Assembly (NCBI GenBank): GCA_030726915.1
Contig: JANRCR010000041.1
Location: 4,262 to 68,261 of the forward strand
Direction: 5' to 3'
From: Candidatus Nanopelagicales bacterium
Lineage (GTDB): Bacteria; Actinomycetota; Actinomycetes; S36-B12
DNA length: 64,000 nt
Shown: piece after piece, positions 38,412 to 46,793 of the stretch
Position numbering within the stretch: position 1 is the stretch's first letter
Layout: every line of letters begins with the position of its first letter
Made by a program: the position numbers and the translations under genes
Notes under the pieces: generated by a model
The model's database searches: none
Told to the model about the DNA's origin: nothing
The model's input: only the letters and a program-made list of their open reading frames with translations

Positions 38412-39815
38412 CTAGGCTTGACGTGTGTATGCGCCCGGTGTGTGCGGCCACGGCATAGCCATCTCGAGTTCGAGCGCAAGGGACAGCAAACGCCGCTCCT
38501 CACCCCGGGGTGCACCAATCTGTACGCCGATCGGCAGACCTTCGGCCGTGCGCGCGAGGGGCAGGGAGATGGCGGGGGCGCCCGTGACGTTCTGCCACGC
38601 GGTGAAGGAAGCGAAGCGCAACAGTCTGATGATGTGCTCCCGGGCCGGCACATCAGGACCCAGCTCACCAATGAGCGGTGCGGGCGTTGACAGCACCGGG
38701 GAGATCACCACGTCATAGTCGGCGTACACCTCCTCCGGCTCCTGTGATCTCCGGACGAGTCGGCGCAGGCTCCCGGGCGTCCCCATCGCCTGCTGGCGGA
38801 AGAGGTCACTCAGCCCCCGGGTGAGCACCTCCGTCCGGGACGCGTCGAAGTCGGTGCGCAGGAGACGGCCTCCGGCCTTTTCGAAGGCAAAGGACAGCAG
38901 CGCCCAGTAGCGCAGGAAGTCGCGTCCGAAGCGCTCGTCCACGGGGGCGGGGATCTGCGTCACCTCGTGCCCGAGGCCCTGCAGACTCTCCGCCGTCGCC
39001 AGCACCGCGGCGCCCACGCGCGGATCGATCGGCAATCCGGCGATGGCCTGGGTGAAGACCCCGATGCGCAGCCGCCGTTTCTCAGGCCGCACCACCATCC
39101 CGATGGGAGCCAGGTCGGGATTGCGGTACATGATCTCGGCTTCCGCCAGGTAGTACGCCGTATCGCGCACGGTGCGCGTGACGACACCCTGTGCCACCAG
39201 ATTCACCGGCAGCCGATCAAGTTCTGGGACGTCGATAATCCGACCGCGGGTGGGCTTCAAGCCGACGAGTCCGCATGCGGCGGCGGGGATGCGGATGGAC
39301 CCACCACCGTCGTTGGCATGGGCGATGGGGATCACTCCAGCCGCCACGAGCGCCGCTGAACCTCCGCTCGATCCACCAACCGACCGGGACAGGTCCCAGG
39401 GATTGCGCGTGGCACCGAAGCGGCTTGACTCGGTGGTTGCGGTGAGACCGAATTCGGGCAGCGTCGTCTTGACCAGCGGCTCGAATCCCAGGGCGAGGTA
39501 CTGGCCCACCCAGGGGGCCGTTGACGTGGCTGGACGATCGGCCGGGGCCCACGAACCGTGCAGTGTGGGATAGCCGGCGATGTCCTCGTTGTCTTTGAGC
39601 GCGGTGGGGATGCCCGCGAAGGGCCCTGTCACCGCTGGGCTCACATCGAGATCACGGACGACGGCATTGAGGTCAGCATTCACCGCCGCCAGGCGTGCTC
39701 GAGCAGCCTCACGCAATTCGCGCGCCGACACCTGGCGGCGGCGCAATCGATGCTGCAACTCCATCACATCATCGGTGCCCAATGCATCGTCCACTGTCGA
39801 ATCCTGAATGGTCAC
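38412..39815 (-). CDS. Amidase (amidase-signature family)
   Basis: GGSSGGSAALVAAG signature and ALKDN. Start is uncertain (GTG 39815; the ORF extends to 39917). Confidence 0.85.
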   Translation of the reverse strand: MTIQDSTVDDALGTDDVMELQHRLRRRQVSARELREAARARLAAVNADLNAVVRDLDVSPAVTGPFAGIPTALKDNEDIAGYPTLHGSWAPADRPATSTAPWVGQYLALGFEPLVKTTLPEFGLTATTESSRFGATRNPWDLSRSVGGSSGGSAALVAAGVIPIAHANDGGGSIRIPAAACGLVGLKPTRGRIIDVPELDRLPVNLVAQGVVTRTVRDTAYYLAEAEIMYRNPDLAPIGMVVRPEKRRLRIGVFTQAIAGLPIDPRVGAAVLATAESLQGLGHEVTQIPAPVDERFGRDFLRYWALLSFAFEKAGGRLLRTDFDASRTEVLTRGLSDLFRQQAMGTPGSLRRLVRRSQEPEEVYADYDVVISPVLSTPAPLIGELGPDVPAREHIIRLLRFASFTAWQNVTGAPAISLPLARTAEGLPIGVQIGAPRGEERRLLSLALELEMAMPWPHTPGAYTRQA

Positions 39816-39960
39816 GCAGCGACTGTACCGGCGGAATCGGGTCAGCACCCACGAACACTGCCGAAGTGGCGATTGCAACGTATTCCGCGACATTCCCATC
39901 TCCCGAGCGCATTTCAATACTTCGAATTGCCCGAGGTGGGACGGAGCACGAGCTCCACCG

Positions 39961-40962
39961 CTAGGTGACGGTCACGTCCAACCAGGATGTCGTGTCGGGT
40001 GGTCCCAGGGCGTAACGCAGGGATATCTCATCACCCAACTCGACGGCAATCGCACCGAAGGTGAACCACGGAAGACCGGTGCGCGATACGCACAGCGGCG
40101 CTGCCGAGAGGCACGCTGTGAGTTGAGCGAGCGAAGTGACATCCAGGGAGGCGTCGAGCACGTCCTGTCGGAGGAAGCTGGATGTCTCCGGAGACCCCAT
40201 CGCGGAATCAATATCGTCGGTGGCCAGCGGATGGTTTGCATGCCCGAATCTCGACCCTGGCGCCGCGGCAGGCACCGCACCCGCAGCCGAACACTCCAGG
40301 CTCGCGCTGCTCATGGAGCCCGACGCGTCACGTCCCACTATGGCGAAGTGCTGTCCCGACGCATGCGGAACCGACATCAGGAAGTGCACTGCGGCGCTCG
40401 CATCGGCCTGGGCGAGTGCCCCTCGCAGGACGAAGGCCACCGGCAGACCGGAGCGGCTGTGCCCCAGCATGGTGAGGGCATTGACGCAGATGGCAAAACC
40501 CGCGGTGGAGGCACCGCACAGGCCGATCATGCCGGCGGAGGTCAGCACCACGCTGGCATTGCCGTCGGCTGCCTCATTGCGCACCACCGCCTGGCTGCCA
40601 TCGAGCACCCGGTCGAGATCCATGGTCTGGCCGACCAGCGGTGGTGCTGCGATCGTGCTGCACGACTCGCGCAGGACCACCTCGGACCACCACCAGTGCT
40701 CGTCCATCAGGTTGTGTACGAGCACGTGCCTGTGTTTCACGCCCGCACCTTCAGCGATGCCGAGCAATTCCGCGTGGAGGTCGGGGGTGTGACGCGCTAT
40801 GGCTGACTCAAAATCATTGGCATCGATGAAGCGATCGACTTCGTGTGCTCCACCAAGATCCTCCACCACACGAGCGAGCACATCGCGGATCTCCACGCGC
40901 AACTGCTCACCGTGGGATCGACCACGCTCTCGACCCGATCCCATCACCGTCACCACCGTCAC
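39961..40962 (-). CDS. Peptidase C45 / acyl-CoA:6-APA acyltransferase-like Ntn hydrolase
   Basis: 333 aa. GSGRERGRSHGEQL... N-terminus and candidate nucleophile context RESCSTIAAP. Confidence 0.6.
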   Translation of the reverse strand: MTVVTVMGSGRERGRSHGEQLRVEIRDVLARVVEDLGGAHEVDRFIDANDFESAIARHTPDLHAELLGIAEGAGVKHRHVLVHNLMDEHWWWSEVVLRESCSTIAAPPLVGQTMDLDRVLDGSQAVVRNEAADGNASVVLTSAGMIGLCGASTAGFAICVNALTMLGHSRSGLPVAFVLRGALAQADASAAVHFLMSVPHASGQHFAIVGRDASGSMSSASLECSAAGAVPAAAPGSRFGHANHPLATDDIDSAMGSPETSSFLRQDVLDASLDVTSLAQLTACLSAAPLCVSRTGLPWFTFGAIAVELGDEISLRYALGPPDTTSWLDVTVT

Positions 40963-40969
40963 GGGCCCA

Positions 40970-40998
40970 CCGTAGTCAGATGCTCAATCCGTTGAGCT
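40970..40998 (-). repeat. 29-nt tRNA-Arg fragment (D-arm to anticodon), direct repeat of 41730..41758
   Basis: ccgtagtcagatgctcAatccgttgagct versus ccgtagtcagatgctcTatccgttgagct, 28/29 identical. Identity stops exactly in the anticodon loop on one side. Confidence 0.85.
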
Positions 40999-41023
40999 GT
41001 GCACCACCCACCACCGTGCTCTG

Positions 41024-41560
41024 TCACGAACTATCCGTGTGCGATTTCACCCACTGCGCCGATTTCCCAAAAAATAGTGAGATAAAACCGACCACCAAAA
41101 GCGCATCGAAACCCGTGGAGAGCAGGGAAACCAAAGACGTTTCCAATAGTGTTCCATCATTGTAAACATCCACGATCGTGCCATCGTCATAAAAAAGCGC
41201 AGCAGCAACTTCTCCGACCAGTACTACAAGGAAGAAAATGGTTCCAGTGATCCGTACTGCCGGCAAATACTCGCCGCGGTAAAGCAAAAAACCAAACATA
41301 AAAATAACCACCATCATGATGGTGTAAACGTATTGAGAATTGGCGAGATATTGGTAGACGGCATTGAGATTTGTTCCTTGGTCATCAACCAGGTGCGACT
41401 GAACGATCCGGGTTCCTTGGTCAGCCCAATCCGCAGCACTCTGCGGATTGGCTCTGACCAAGAGATCAGTGACTACCACATTCAACACATGGGCAGCCTG
41501 AATGAAGCACAGGGTTGCAAGGGCAACAATCTGCCAAGGTTTAGTTGTCATGGATTCCAC
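41024..41560 (-). CDS. Hypothetical 4-TM membrane protein in a low-GC islet
   Basis: 178-aa ORF in a visibly AT-richer stretch (roughly half G+C by eye, against about two-thirds elsewhere). A long open frame in AT-rich DNA argues for real coding. No family recognised. Confidence 0.55.
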   Translation of the reverse strand: MESMTTKPWQIVALATLCFIQAAHVLNVVVTDLLVRANPQSAADWADQGTRIVQSHLVDDQGTNLNAVYQYLANSQYVYTIMMVVIFMFGFLLYRGEYLPAVRITGTIFFLVVLVGEVAAALFYDDGTIVDVYNDGTLLETSLVSLLSTGFDALLVVGFISLFFGKSAQWVKSHTDSS

Positions 41561-41693
41561 TTTCAGAGCTCACCGAAGGAAACGTAAATGGTGAGCGGAG
41601 GCTACCAAATTGAGGCACTACTCTCCGCGACTCTGCTGCGAGAAAGCCGTGTTTTCCACTGCGGCAGCACATGCACCCGTACCCCTGGGAAAA

Positions 41694-41766
41694 GCGCGCC
41701 CGAAGGGATTCGAACCCCTAACCTTCTGATCCGTAGTCAGATGCTCTATCCGTTGAGCTACGGGCG
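41694..41766 (-). tRNA. tRNA-Arg (anticodon ACG)
   Basis: Acceptor GCGCCCG/CGGGCGC, D-arm GCTC-AACGGATA-GAGC, anticodon stem TCTGA/TCAGA with loop CTACGGA, T-loop GGTTCGAATCC. Confidence 0.9.
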
Positions 41767-41893
41767 CTCGGCTGAGGAAGTGTAGCCAAGTGAGTCTCCC
41801 GGCCTTGACGGGGCGGTCGTGGCGGGCCTCTCACAGTGGGCCGATCTGCCCATCCGGCGTGCGACGAGGCCTGGATCCCTGCACACTATTTCC

Positions 41894-42325
41894 ATGACGG
41901 ACGAGCAGACCACCGACAGCTTCGGACTCACCCGACGCCAGGCCCTCGCGGCCGCAGCAGCCCTGTGTGGACTCGGCGCCGTCGTGGGTGCCTCGAGTGC
42001 CCAGGCTGCGCCCCGCGCCGGGGCGCTGCGGGTGCGGTTGTCCGCCTATCCGGCCCTGTCGAAGGTCGGTGGCGTGGCTGTGGTCGGCAACCTCGGCAGC
42101 ATCCCCGTGGCGGTGGTGCGCACAGGACGCACGAGATGTCGAGCATTCAACCGGCGCTGCCCCCACGCTGGTGCGACCGTGATTCCGCAGGGGTCCGGCT
42201 TTCTCTGCCCCGCGCACGGATCCGTCTTCACCAAGACCGGTGCACGTGTGTCGGGTCCCACACCCACGGGACTCATCCCGCTCAAAACTAAGCTGAGCAG
42301 GGGCCTTCTCACGATCACGGTCTAA
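41894..42325 (+). CDS. Tat-exported Rieske [2Fe-2S] protein
   Basis: Start is MTDEQ (ATG 41894). Tat motif TRRQALAAAAAL and Rieske ligands CPHAG...CPAHGS. Confidence 0.82.
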   Translation: MTDEQTTDSFGLTRRQALAAAAALCGLGAVVGASSAQAAPRAGALRVRLSAYPALSKVGGVAVVGNLGSIPVAVVRTGRTRCRAFNRRCPHAGATVIPQGSGFLCPAHGSVFTKTGARVSGPTPTGLIPLKTKLSRGLLTITV

Positions 42326-42366
42326 CCGACCGCGCATCAGGTCGGCGCACCGGGCAGACTGGTCAG

Positions 42367-44160
42367 GTGCCCCGCCTTTCACGGACGAATCGTCGTGTGA
42401 TCGTGGGAGGTCTATCCATCGGGCTTGTCATCGGGCTGACCGGGCCCCTGGGCTCGGTGCTGTCAGTGGGCCCCCATCACAGCGCCGCCGCCGCAGTGCG
42501 GCCTAATGTGCTCCTGATCCTCACCGATGACCAGCGCGCCGGCACCCAGGTCGCGATGCCGACGGTCATGGACGAGCTCGTCGGGGCGGGTACGTCGTAC
42601 CCGAATGCCTTTGTCCCCACGTCCTGGTGCTGTCCCAGTCGCGTCAGCCTGCTGACCGGCAAGTTTGCCCACAACACCGGCGTCTGGGAAAACGCCTCAT
42701 CATCCGCGTGGGGCGCATGGTCCGCCTTTGCCAAGGGCGGTGAGGAGACCGATACCCTCGCCACCCGTCTGGATGCTGCGGGCTACCGCACCGGACTCTT
42801 CGGCAAGTACGTCAACGACGTGACGGACGTGGGCGAGGAGCTCCTGCCACCGGGCTGGGATGAGTGGAATGCCTTCCTGAGCGGCAACTACTCGCGCTAC
42901 CGCCTCTCGACAGACACCAGGCCCATCGTGGCGGAGCGCCGATACCTCACGGACGAACTCACCGACCGCACCGTTGACTTCATCGAGTCCACCCCTGAGG
43001 ACGAGCCGTTCTTCGCCCTCTATTCACCCTTCGCGCCGCACTATCCCTACGACCCTGGTCCCTACGCCGGAGCCACCCATCGCGCAGGCCTCCTCGATGA
43101 CCTGCGGGAAGCAACCAACTTCCCGTCCCCCTCGACTAATCAGGAGGACATGAGTTCCTATCCGCGGTGGATGGGCAAGCTCCAGGTCACGGATGAGTGG
43201 AACGTGGACAGGCGGCCGAACCCGGTCGGAAGTCTCACGGTCACCGACGTCGTCGAGCGACAGGCCGACACCCTCATGGGTGTCGACGCGGGGATCTCCC
43301 GCATGCTCACCTCACTGCGACAGACCGGCCGTCTGGACAACACCCTCATCGTCTTTGTCTCCGACAACGGCTACGCCTGGGGTGAGCACCGCCTCCAGGG
43401 CAAGAACACCCCCTACGACGTCTCGGTGCGCGTGCCGCTCATCATGCGCTACGACGGAGTCCTGGATGCTGGCGTCATTGATGATCGCGTCGTGGCCGCG
43501 AATGTCGACGTACACGCGAGCATCCTGCAGATGACCGGTGTGGAGCCGGCGCGCATCGATGGGATCAGCGTGCGTGACCCCCGTCCGCGCGACGGTGTCG
43601 TCATGGAGGCCATGCGATGGTCTGGTTGGCGCGGTCGTCCCGCCTACTGCGGCTATCGCACCGCTGACCGTCTCTTCGTCCGCTACAGCAACGGCGAGGA
43701 GGAGCTGTACGACTACACCGTTGATCCCTTTGAGCTGAACAACATCGCGAGCGATCCTGCCTACGCGACACAGCGCGCAGCACTTCACCGCGCCACACGT
43801 CAGGCCTGCGCGCCCACACCACCCGGCTTCGCCTGGGATTCCCGCGAGACTCGACTCAGACCACCCACGGAGGTCACCGCTACATGGAGCGGTGACCGCA
43901 AGGTCATCATCACGTGGCGGGCACCCTCCAGTGTCGGCAGAGTGCTGCCGACCTACCTGGTCTACGAGGGTCGCCGCCCGGTGGGGCGCCCTGTGTGCGC
44001 ACTCGAGTCGATCCGACTCACCCGCGGTCTCGCCTGCAGGGTCCAACTCAGGGAAGACCCGACGGCTGAGGGGGCGCGCACGCCGTGGTTCGTCGTGGTG
44101 GCCGTCAACGGTGACCAGCGTGCCGCTGCCCCGGCCGTGACGCCGGATCTTGGGGGCTGA
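42367..44160 (+). CDS. Cys-type sulfatase with C-terminal FN3-like domain
   Basis: 597 aa. Signal/TM, LILTDDQR, and formylglycine motif SWCCPSRVSLLTGK. C-terminal ~100 aa are beta-rich (TWSGDRKVIITWRAP). Confidence 0.85.
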   Translation: MPRLSRTNRRVIVGGLSIGLVIGLTGPLGSVLSVGPHHSAAAAVRPNVLLILTDDQRAGTQVAMPTVMDELVGAGTSYPNAFVPTSWCCPSRVSLLTGKFAHNTGVWENASSSAWGAWSAFAKGGEETDTLATRLDAAGYRTGLFGKYVNDVTDVGEELLPPGWDEWNAFLSGNYSRYRLSTDTRPIVAERRYLTDELTDRTVDFIESTPEDEPFFALYSPFAPHYPYDPGPYAGATHRAGLLDDLREATNFPSPSTNQEDMSSYPRWMGKLQVTDEWNVDRRPNPVGSLTVTDVVERQADTLMGVDAGISRMLTSLRQTGRLDNTLIVFVSDNGYAWGEHRLQGKNTPYDVSVRVPLIMRYDGVLDAGVIDDRVVAANVDVHASILQMTGVEPARIDGISVRDPRPRDGVVMEAMRWSGWRGRPAYCGYRTADRLFVRYSNGEEELYDYTVDPFELNNIASDPAYATQRAALHRATRQACAPTPPGFAWDSRETRLRPPTEVTATWSGDRKVIITWRAPSSVGRVLPTYLVYEGRRPVGRPVCALESIRLTRGLACRVQLREDPTAEGARTPWFVVVAVNGDQRAAAPAVTPDLGG

Positions 44161-44165
44161 TGGGC

Positions 44166-44195
44166 CTGTGGACCGCCCCGGAGGGCGGCCCACAG
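44166..44195. terminator. Hairpin between the sulfatase stop and the tRNA-Ser(GCT) 3' end
   Basis: ctgtggaccgccc-cgga-gggcggcccacag. 13-bp stem with one mismatch. Confidence 0.6.
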
Positions 44196-44201
44196 TGGGA
44201 G

Positions 44202-44292
44202 CGGAGGCGGAGGGATTTGAACCCTCGATGGGGTTTTTGCCCCAAACCCGCTTAGCAGGCGGGCGCCATAGACCGGACTAGGCGACGCCTCC
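44202..44292 (-). tRNA. tRNA-Ser (anticodon GCT)
   Basis: Acceptor GGAGGCG/CGCCTCC, anticodon stem CCCGC/GCGGG with loop CTGCTAA, long variable arm, T-loop GGTTCAAATCC. Confidence 0.9.
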
Positions 44293-44356
44293 CTGCCCGT
44301 CGAACTGGCCGGGTCAGATTAGCGGGTCGCACCCGGACACGGCACACTGCTGTCGT

Positions 44357-45130
44357 GTGAGCGCAGAAGACCCCATGATCTCGACGCTGGTGATCGATTG
44401 CGGAGGGGGCGGGATCAAGGCAACCGTCCTCGACGACTCCGGGACCATGCGAGCCCAACCGATCCGGGTGGCTACGCCGTATCCCCTCACAACCAAACTC
44501 TTTATCAAGACCTTGGTGGATCTGGCCAAGAAGTTGCCACCCTCCACGCATGCGACCGTCGGGCTGCCCGGCATGGTGAGGCACGGTGTCGTAGTGGCGA
44601 CCCCGCACTACGTGACCGTCCGCGGACCCCGCACCCGCATCGATCCTGACCTGGTGGCCCAGTGGCATGGCTTTGATGCGCGTACGGCGCTGCGCGAGGC
44701 GCTGGGGGTGCCCGTCATCGTCCTCAATGACGCCGAGGTGCACGGAGCCGGGGTGATCGCGGGCCAGGGACTTGAGTTAGTCCTCACTCTCGGCACGGGT
44801 CTGGGGTGCGCACTCTTCGACGGTGGACGGCTCGCACCGCACCTCGAGGTTTCCCAAGCTCCGGTGCGCTGGGGACTGTCCTACGACACCTACATCGGTG
44901 AGCATGAGCGGCGCCGACTGGGCGACAGCCTCTGGTCGCGGCGGATCGTGCGCTGCGTTGATGGCCTGCGACCGATGTTCATGTGGGACCGCCTCTATCT
45001 CGGGGGCGGCAACTCACGCCACATCACACCGAGCCAAGTGGTCAAACTCGGGGACGACACGGTCATCGTGCCCAATGCGGCCGCCCTGGTCGGCGGTGCA
45101 CGGGCGTGGCAACTCCACGTCGAGTACTAG
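44357..45130 (+). CDS. ROK-family protein, short polyphosphate-glucokinase-like type
   Basis: 257 aa. LVIDCGGGGIKATV ATP-binding start and VLNDAEVHGAG. No Cys zinc motif. Confidence 0.7.
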   Translation: MSAEDPMISTLVIDCGGGGIKATVLDDSGTMRAQPIRVATPYPLTTKLFIKTLVDLAKKLPPSTHATVGLPGMVRHGVVVATPHYVTVRGPRTRIDPDLVAQWHGFDARTALREALGVPVIVLNDAEVHGAGVIAGQGLELVLTLGTGLGCALFDGGRLAPHLEVSQAPVRWGLSYDTYIGEHERRRLGDSLWSRRIVRCVDGLRPMFMWDRLYLGGGNSRHITPSQVVKLGDDTVIVPNAAALVGGARAWQLHVEY

Positions 45131-45975
45131 GCGCGGCGCAACACCGGGCGGGTCAGGCAGGTCGGCCCGCCCTCACCCTTGGAGATCTCGCTCGCGTCGT
45201 AGACGTGGACGTCGCATCCCCGCGCCGTCAGCGCTGCCACGGTGGCGTCATTGCCGGACGCGATCACGGCCACTCCCGGGGAGACCGCCAGGATGTTGCA
45301 GCCGAGAGTGAGCCAGTCCTCTTCCGGGATGGGCAGCAATTCGACGCCTCGCCGACGCAACTCCTCCAGCATCGCCACGGGTGCAAGTCGCTCATAGACC
45401 GCGGCGAGATCGTCTCGCACCGGCGAGACGACGGACATCAGGTGCAGGCACCACTCGGGTCCCTGATCGTGCGGTACGTCGTACACCTCGACCCGGACCC
45501 CTCGGGGTTGCAGGAGCTCCTGCAGCTGCGTGACCGCAGCGGCATTGGTGCGGTAGGAGCGACCCACGGCGAGCGTGACGTCATCAAGCCAGAACATGTC
45601 CCCACCATCGGCGGTTGCAATGCCACTCAGGGCGCCGATCGTGGGTACGCCGGCGGCGGCCAGGTCAGCCGCAAGCCGCTCCCCCTCTCCGACCCGCACC
45701 TCCTTGGCGGCGCGCAGCGTGATCACACCGTCCGAGACGGTGAAGGCCGGGTCGTAGGTGAAGCAGGAGTCCGGAAGGCCTTCCAGGGGTGGGAGTTCGA
45801 GGACCTCACAGCCCAGGCGGCGCAGTAGCGCGACAAAGGCGGCGTGCTGCACGAGCAGCAGGTCGATATCGAGGGGCTGCGCCCAGTGGGCGCGGGCAAA
45901 ATCAGATTCCGGTGCAGGCGCTCGCACCGCGACGCGACGCAGCGGGGCCACCATTGACGTGACGCCGTAGTCCAC
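45127..45975 (-). CDS. Dimethylarginine dimethylaminohydrolase / amidinotransferase-fold enzyme
   Basis: 282 aa. GGDMFWLDDVTLAVGRSYRTN and C-terminal catalytic Cys context GEGGPTCLTRPV. Confidence 0.78.
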   Translation of the reverse strand: MDYGVTSMVAPLRRVAVRAPAPESDFARAHWAQPLDIDLLLVQHAAFVALLRRLGCEVLELPPLEGLPDSCFTYDPAFTVSDGVITLRAAKEVRVGEGERLAADLAAAGVPTIGALSGIATADGGDMFWLDDVTLAVGRSYRTNAAAVTQLQELLQPRGVRVEVYDVPHDQGPEWCLHLMSVVSPVRDDLAAVYERLAPVAMLEELRRRGVELLPIPEEDWLTLGCNILAVSPGVAVIASGNDATVAALTARGCDVHVYDASEISKGEGGPTCLTRPVLRRA

Positions 45976-46000
45976 ATGTCCTCCCTTGACGGCGAGCAGG

Positions 46001-46471
46001 CTACCGCGTCATCCGCTCGAGGATGGAGGTAAGGCGAAGTTGGTTGTAGCGCAGCACGAGGAAGAAGACGAGGTTGCCGACGAAGATGATGAGGAACCAC
46101 AGGAGGATCAACTGCCAGGGATTGAAGGGCACGAGCACAAGGAAGGTGAATGCCGCGATCACATGCACCCATTCACCACGTCGCACCTCGACGAGATAGG
46201 CACGCAGGCTGTCGACATCCATGCCGAAGAGGCTTGATTTGCTCGCGCCACCCAACCATGAGCCGCCCTCGGGAAGCCACCTGGCACACCACGGGATCCC
46301 CGACCGCCGATAGATCGCCACGCGATCCCAGCGCGTGAGCGTGAGGGGTCCCCAATCACGGGCAAACCACCGATCGGGGCAGCGGGGAGCGATGAGTCCA
46401 ATCAGCGCAGCAAGACCCACGAGGATCACCAGGTCGATGATCACGAGGCGGAGCATTGCGCCACCATCCAC
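46001..46471 (-). CDS. Membrane protein resembling the glycosyl-4,4'-diaponeurosporenoate acyltransferase family
   Basis: 156 aa. ...WFARDW...YRRSGIPWCARWLPEGGSW...VEVRRGEWVH...FNPW...LRYNQLRL follows the motif order of that family as remembered. Confidence 0.5.
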   Translation of the reverse strand: MDGGAMLRLVIIDLVILVGLAALIGLIAPRCPDRWFARDWGPLTLTRWDRVAIYRRSGIPWCARWLPEGGSWLGGASKSSLFGMDVDSLRAYLVEVRRGEWVHVIAAFTFLVLVPFNPWQLILLWFLIIFVGNLVFFLVLRYNQLRLTSILERMTR

Positions 46472-46600
46472 GTCGCCTCCCTGGTGACCAGGTAGGCAGA
46501 CTAGGGGAGCGGAGGGCTCAACACATGAGTGAGGCCGCGCTGTACGGCCATCTGGGCCCGCCCTCGCCGAGGCAGGGGCGCTCCAGGACTTCCCTTGGAC

Positions 46601-46789
46601 CTAGCCGCAGCCACAACCGCACCCGCCACCTCTGCGGACATACGGGTCGTCCTGGGCTACACCGGCGGGCCTTGTCTGCCGCGAACCACATCGTGCGCAG
46701 GTCCAGGATGTCGGCATACGTGCGCCGGACATCACCAGTGCGGGGAATGTGTGTTCGCATTCCCCGCACTGGATCAGATATACCGGCAA
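46601..46789 (-). CDS. FmdB-family zinc-ribbon protein with C-terminal Gly/Cys tail
   Basis: TTG start lies 4 nt after the upstream stop. (M)PVYLIQCGECEHTF...WTCARCGS...RRGGGCGCGCG has the CxxC...CxxC ribbon typical of FmdB-like proteins. Confidence 0.65.
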   Translation of the reverse strand: MPVYLIQCGECEHTFPALVMSGARMPTSWTCARCGSRQTRPAGVAQDDPYVRRGGGCGCGCG

Positions 46790-46793
46790 ATGA

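Noticed and set aside
39808-40806. 332-aa plus-strand ORF
   Set aside because: Antisense shadow of the C45-like gene with low-complexity composition.
40970-41766. Intact integrative element or prophage at tRNA-Arg
   Set aside because: The segment is only ~0.7 kb with one orphan ORF and no integrase, excisionase or transposase. It is kept as a remnant or islet finding rather than annotated as a mobile element.
41588-41785. 65-aa plus-strand ORF
   Set aside because: It lies directly over tRNA-Arg(ACG) on the opposite strand. Similar ORFs (for example 12331-12621, 12278-12463) overlie tRNA-Ser(CGA).
43312-44193. 293-aa minus-strand ORF
   Set aside because: Antisense shadow of the sulfatase gene.
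44357-45130. Second ROK gene as part of the amino-sugar (nag) cluster
   Set aside because: It lies 37 kb from the nag genes, lacks the Cys zinc motif, and has the short polyphosphate-glucokinase-like architecture. It is treated as independent.
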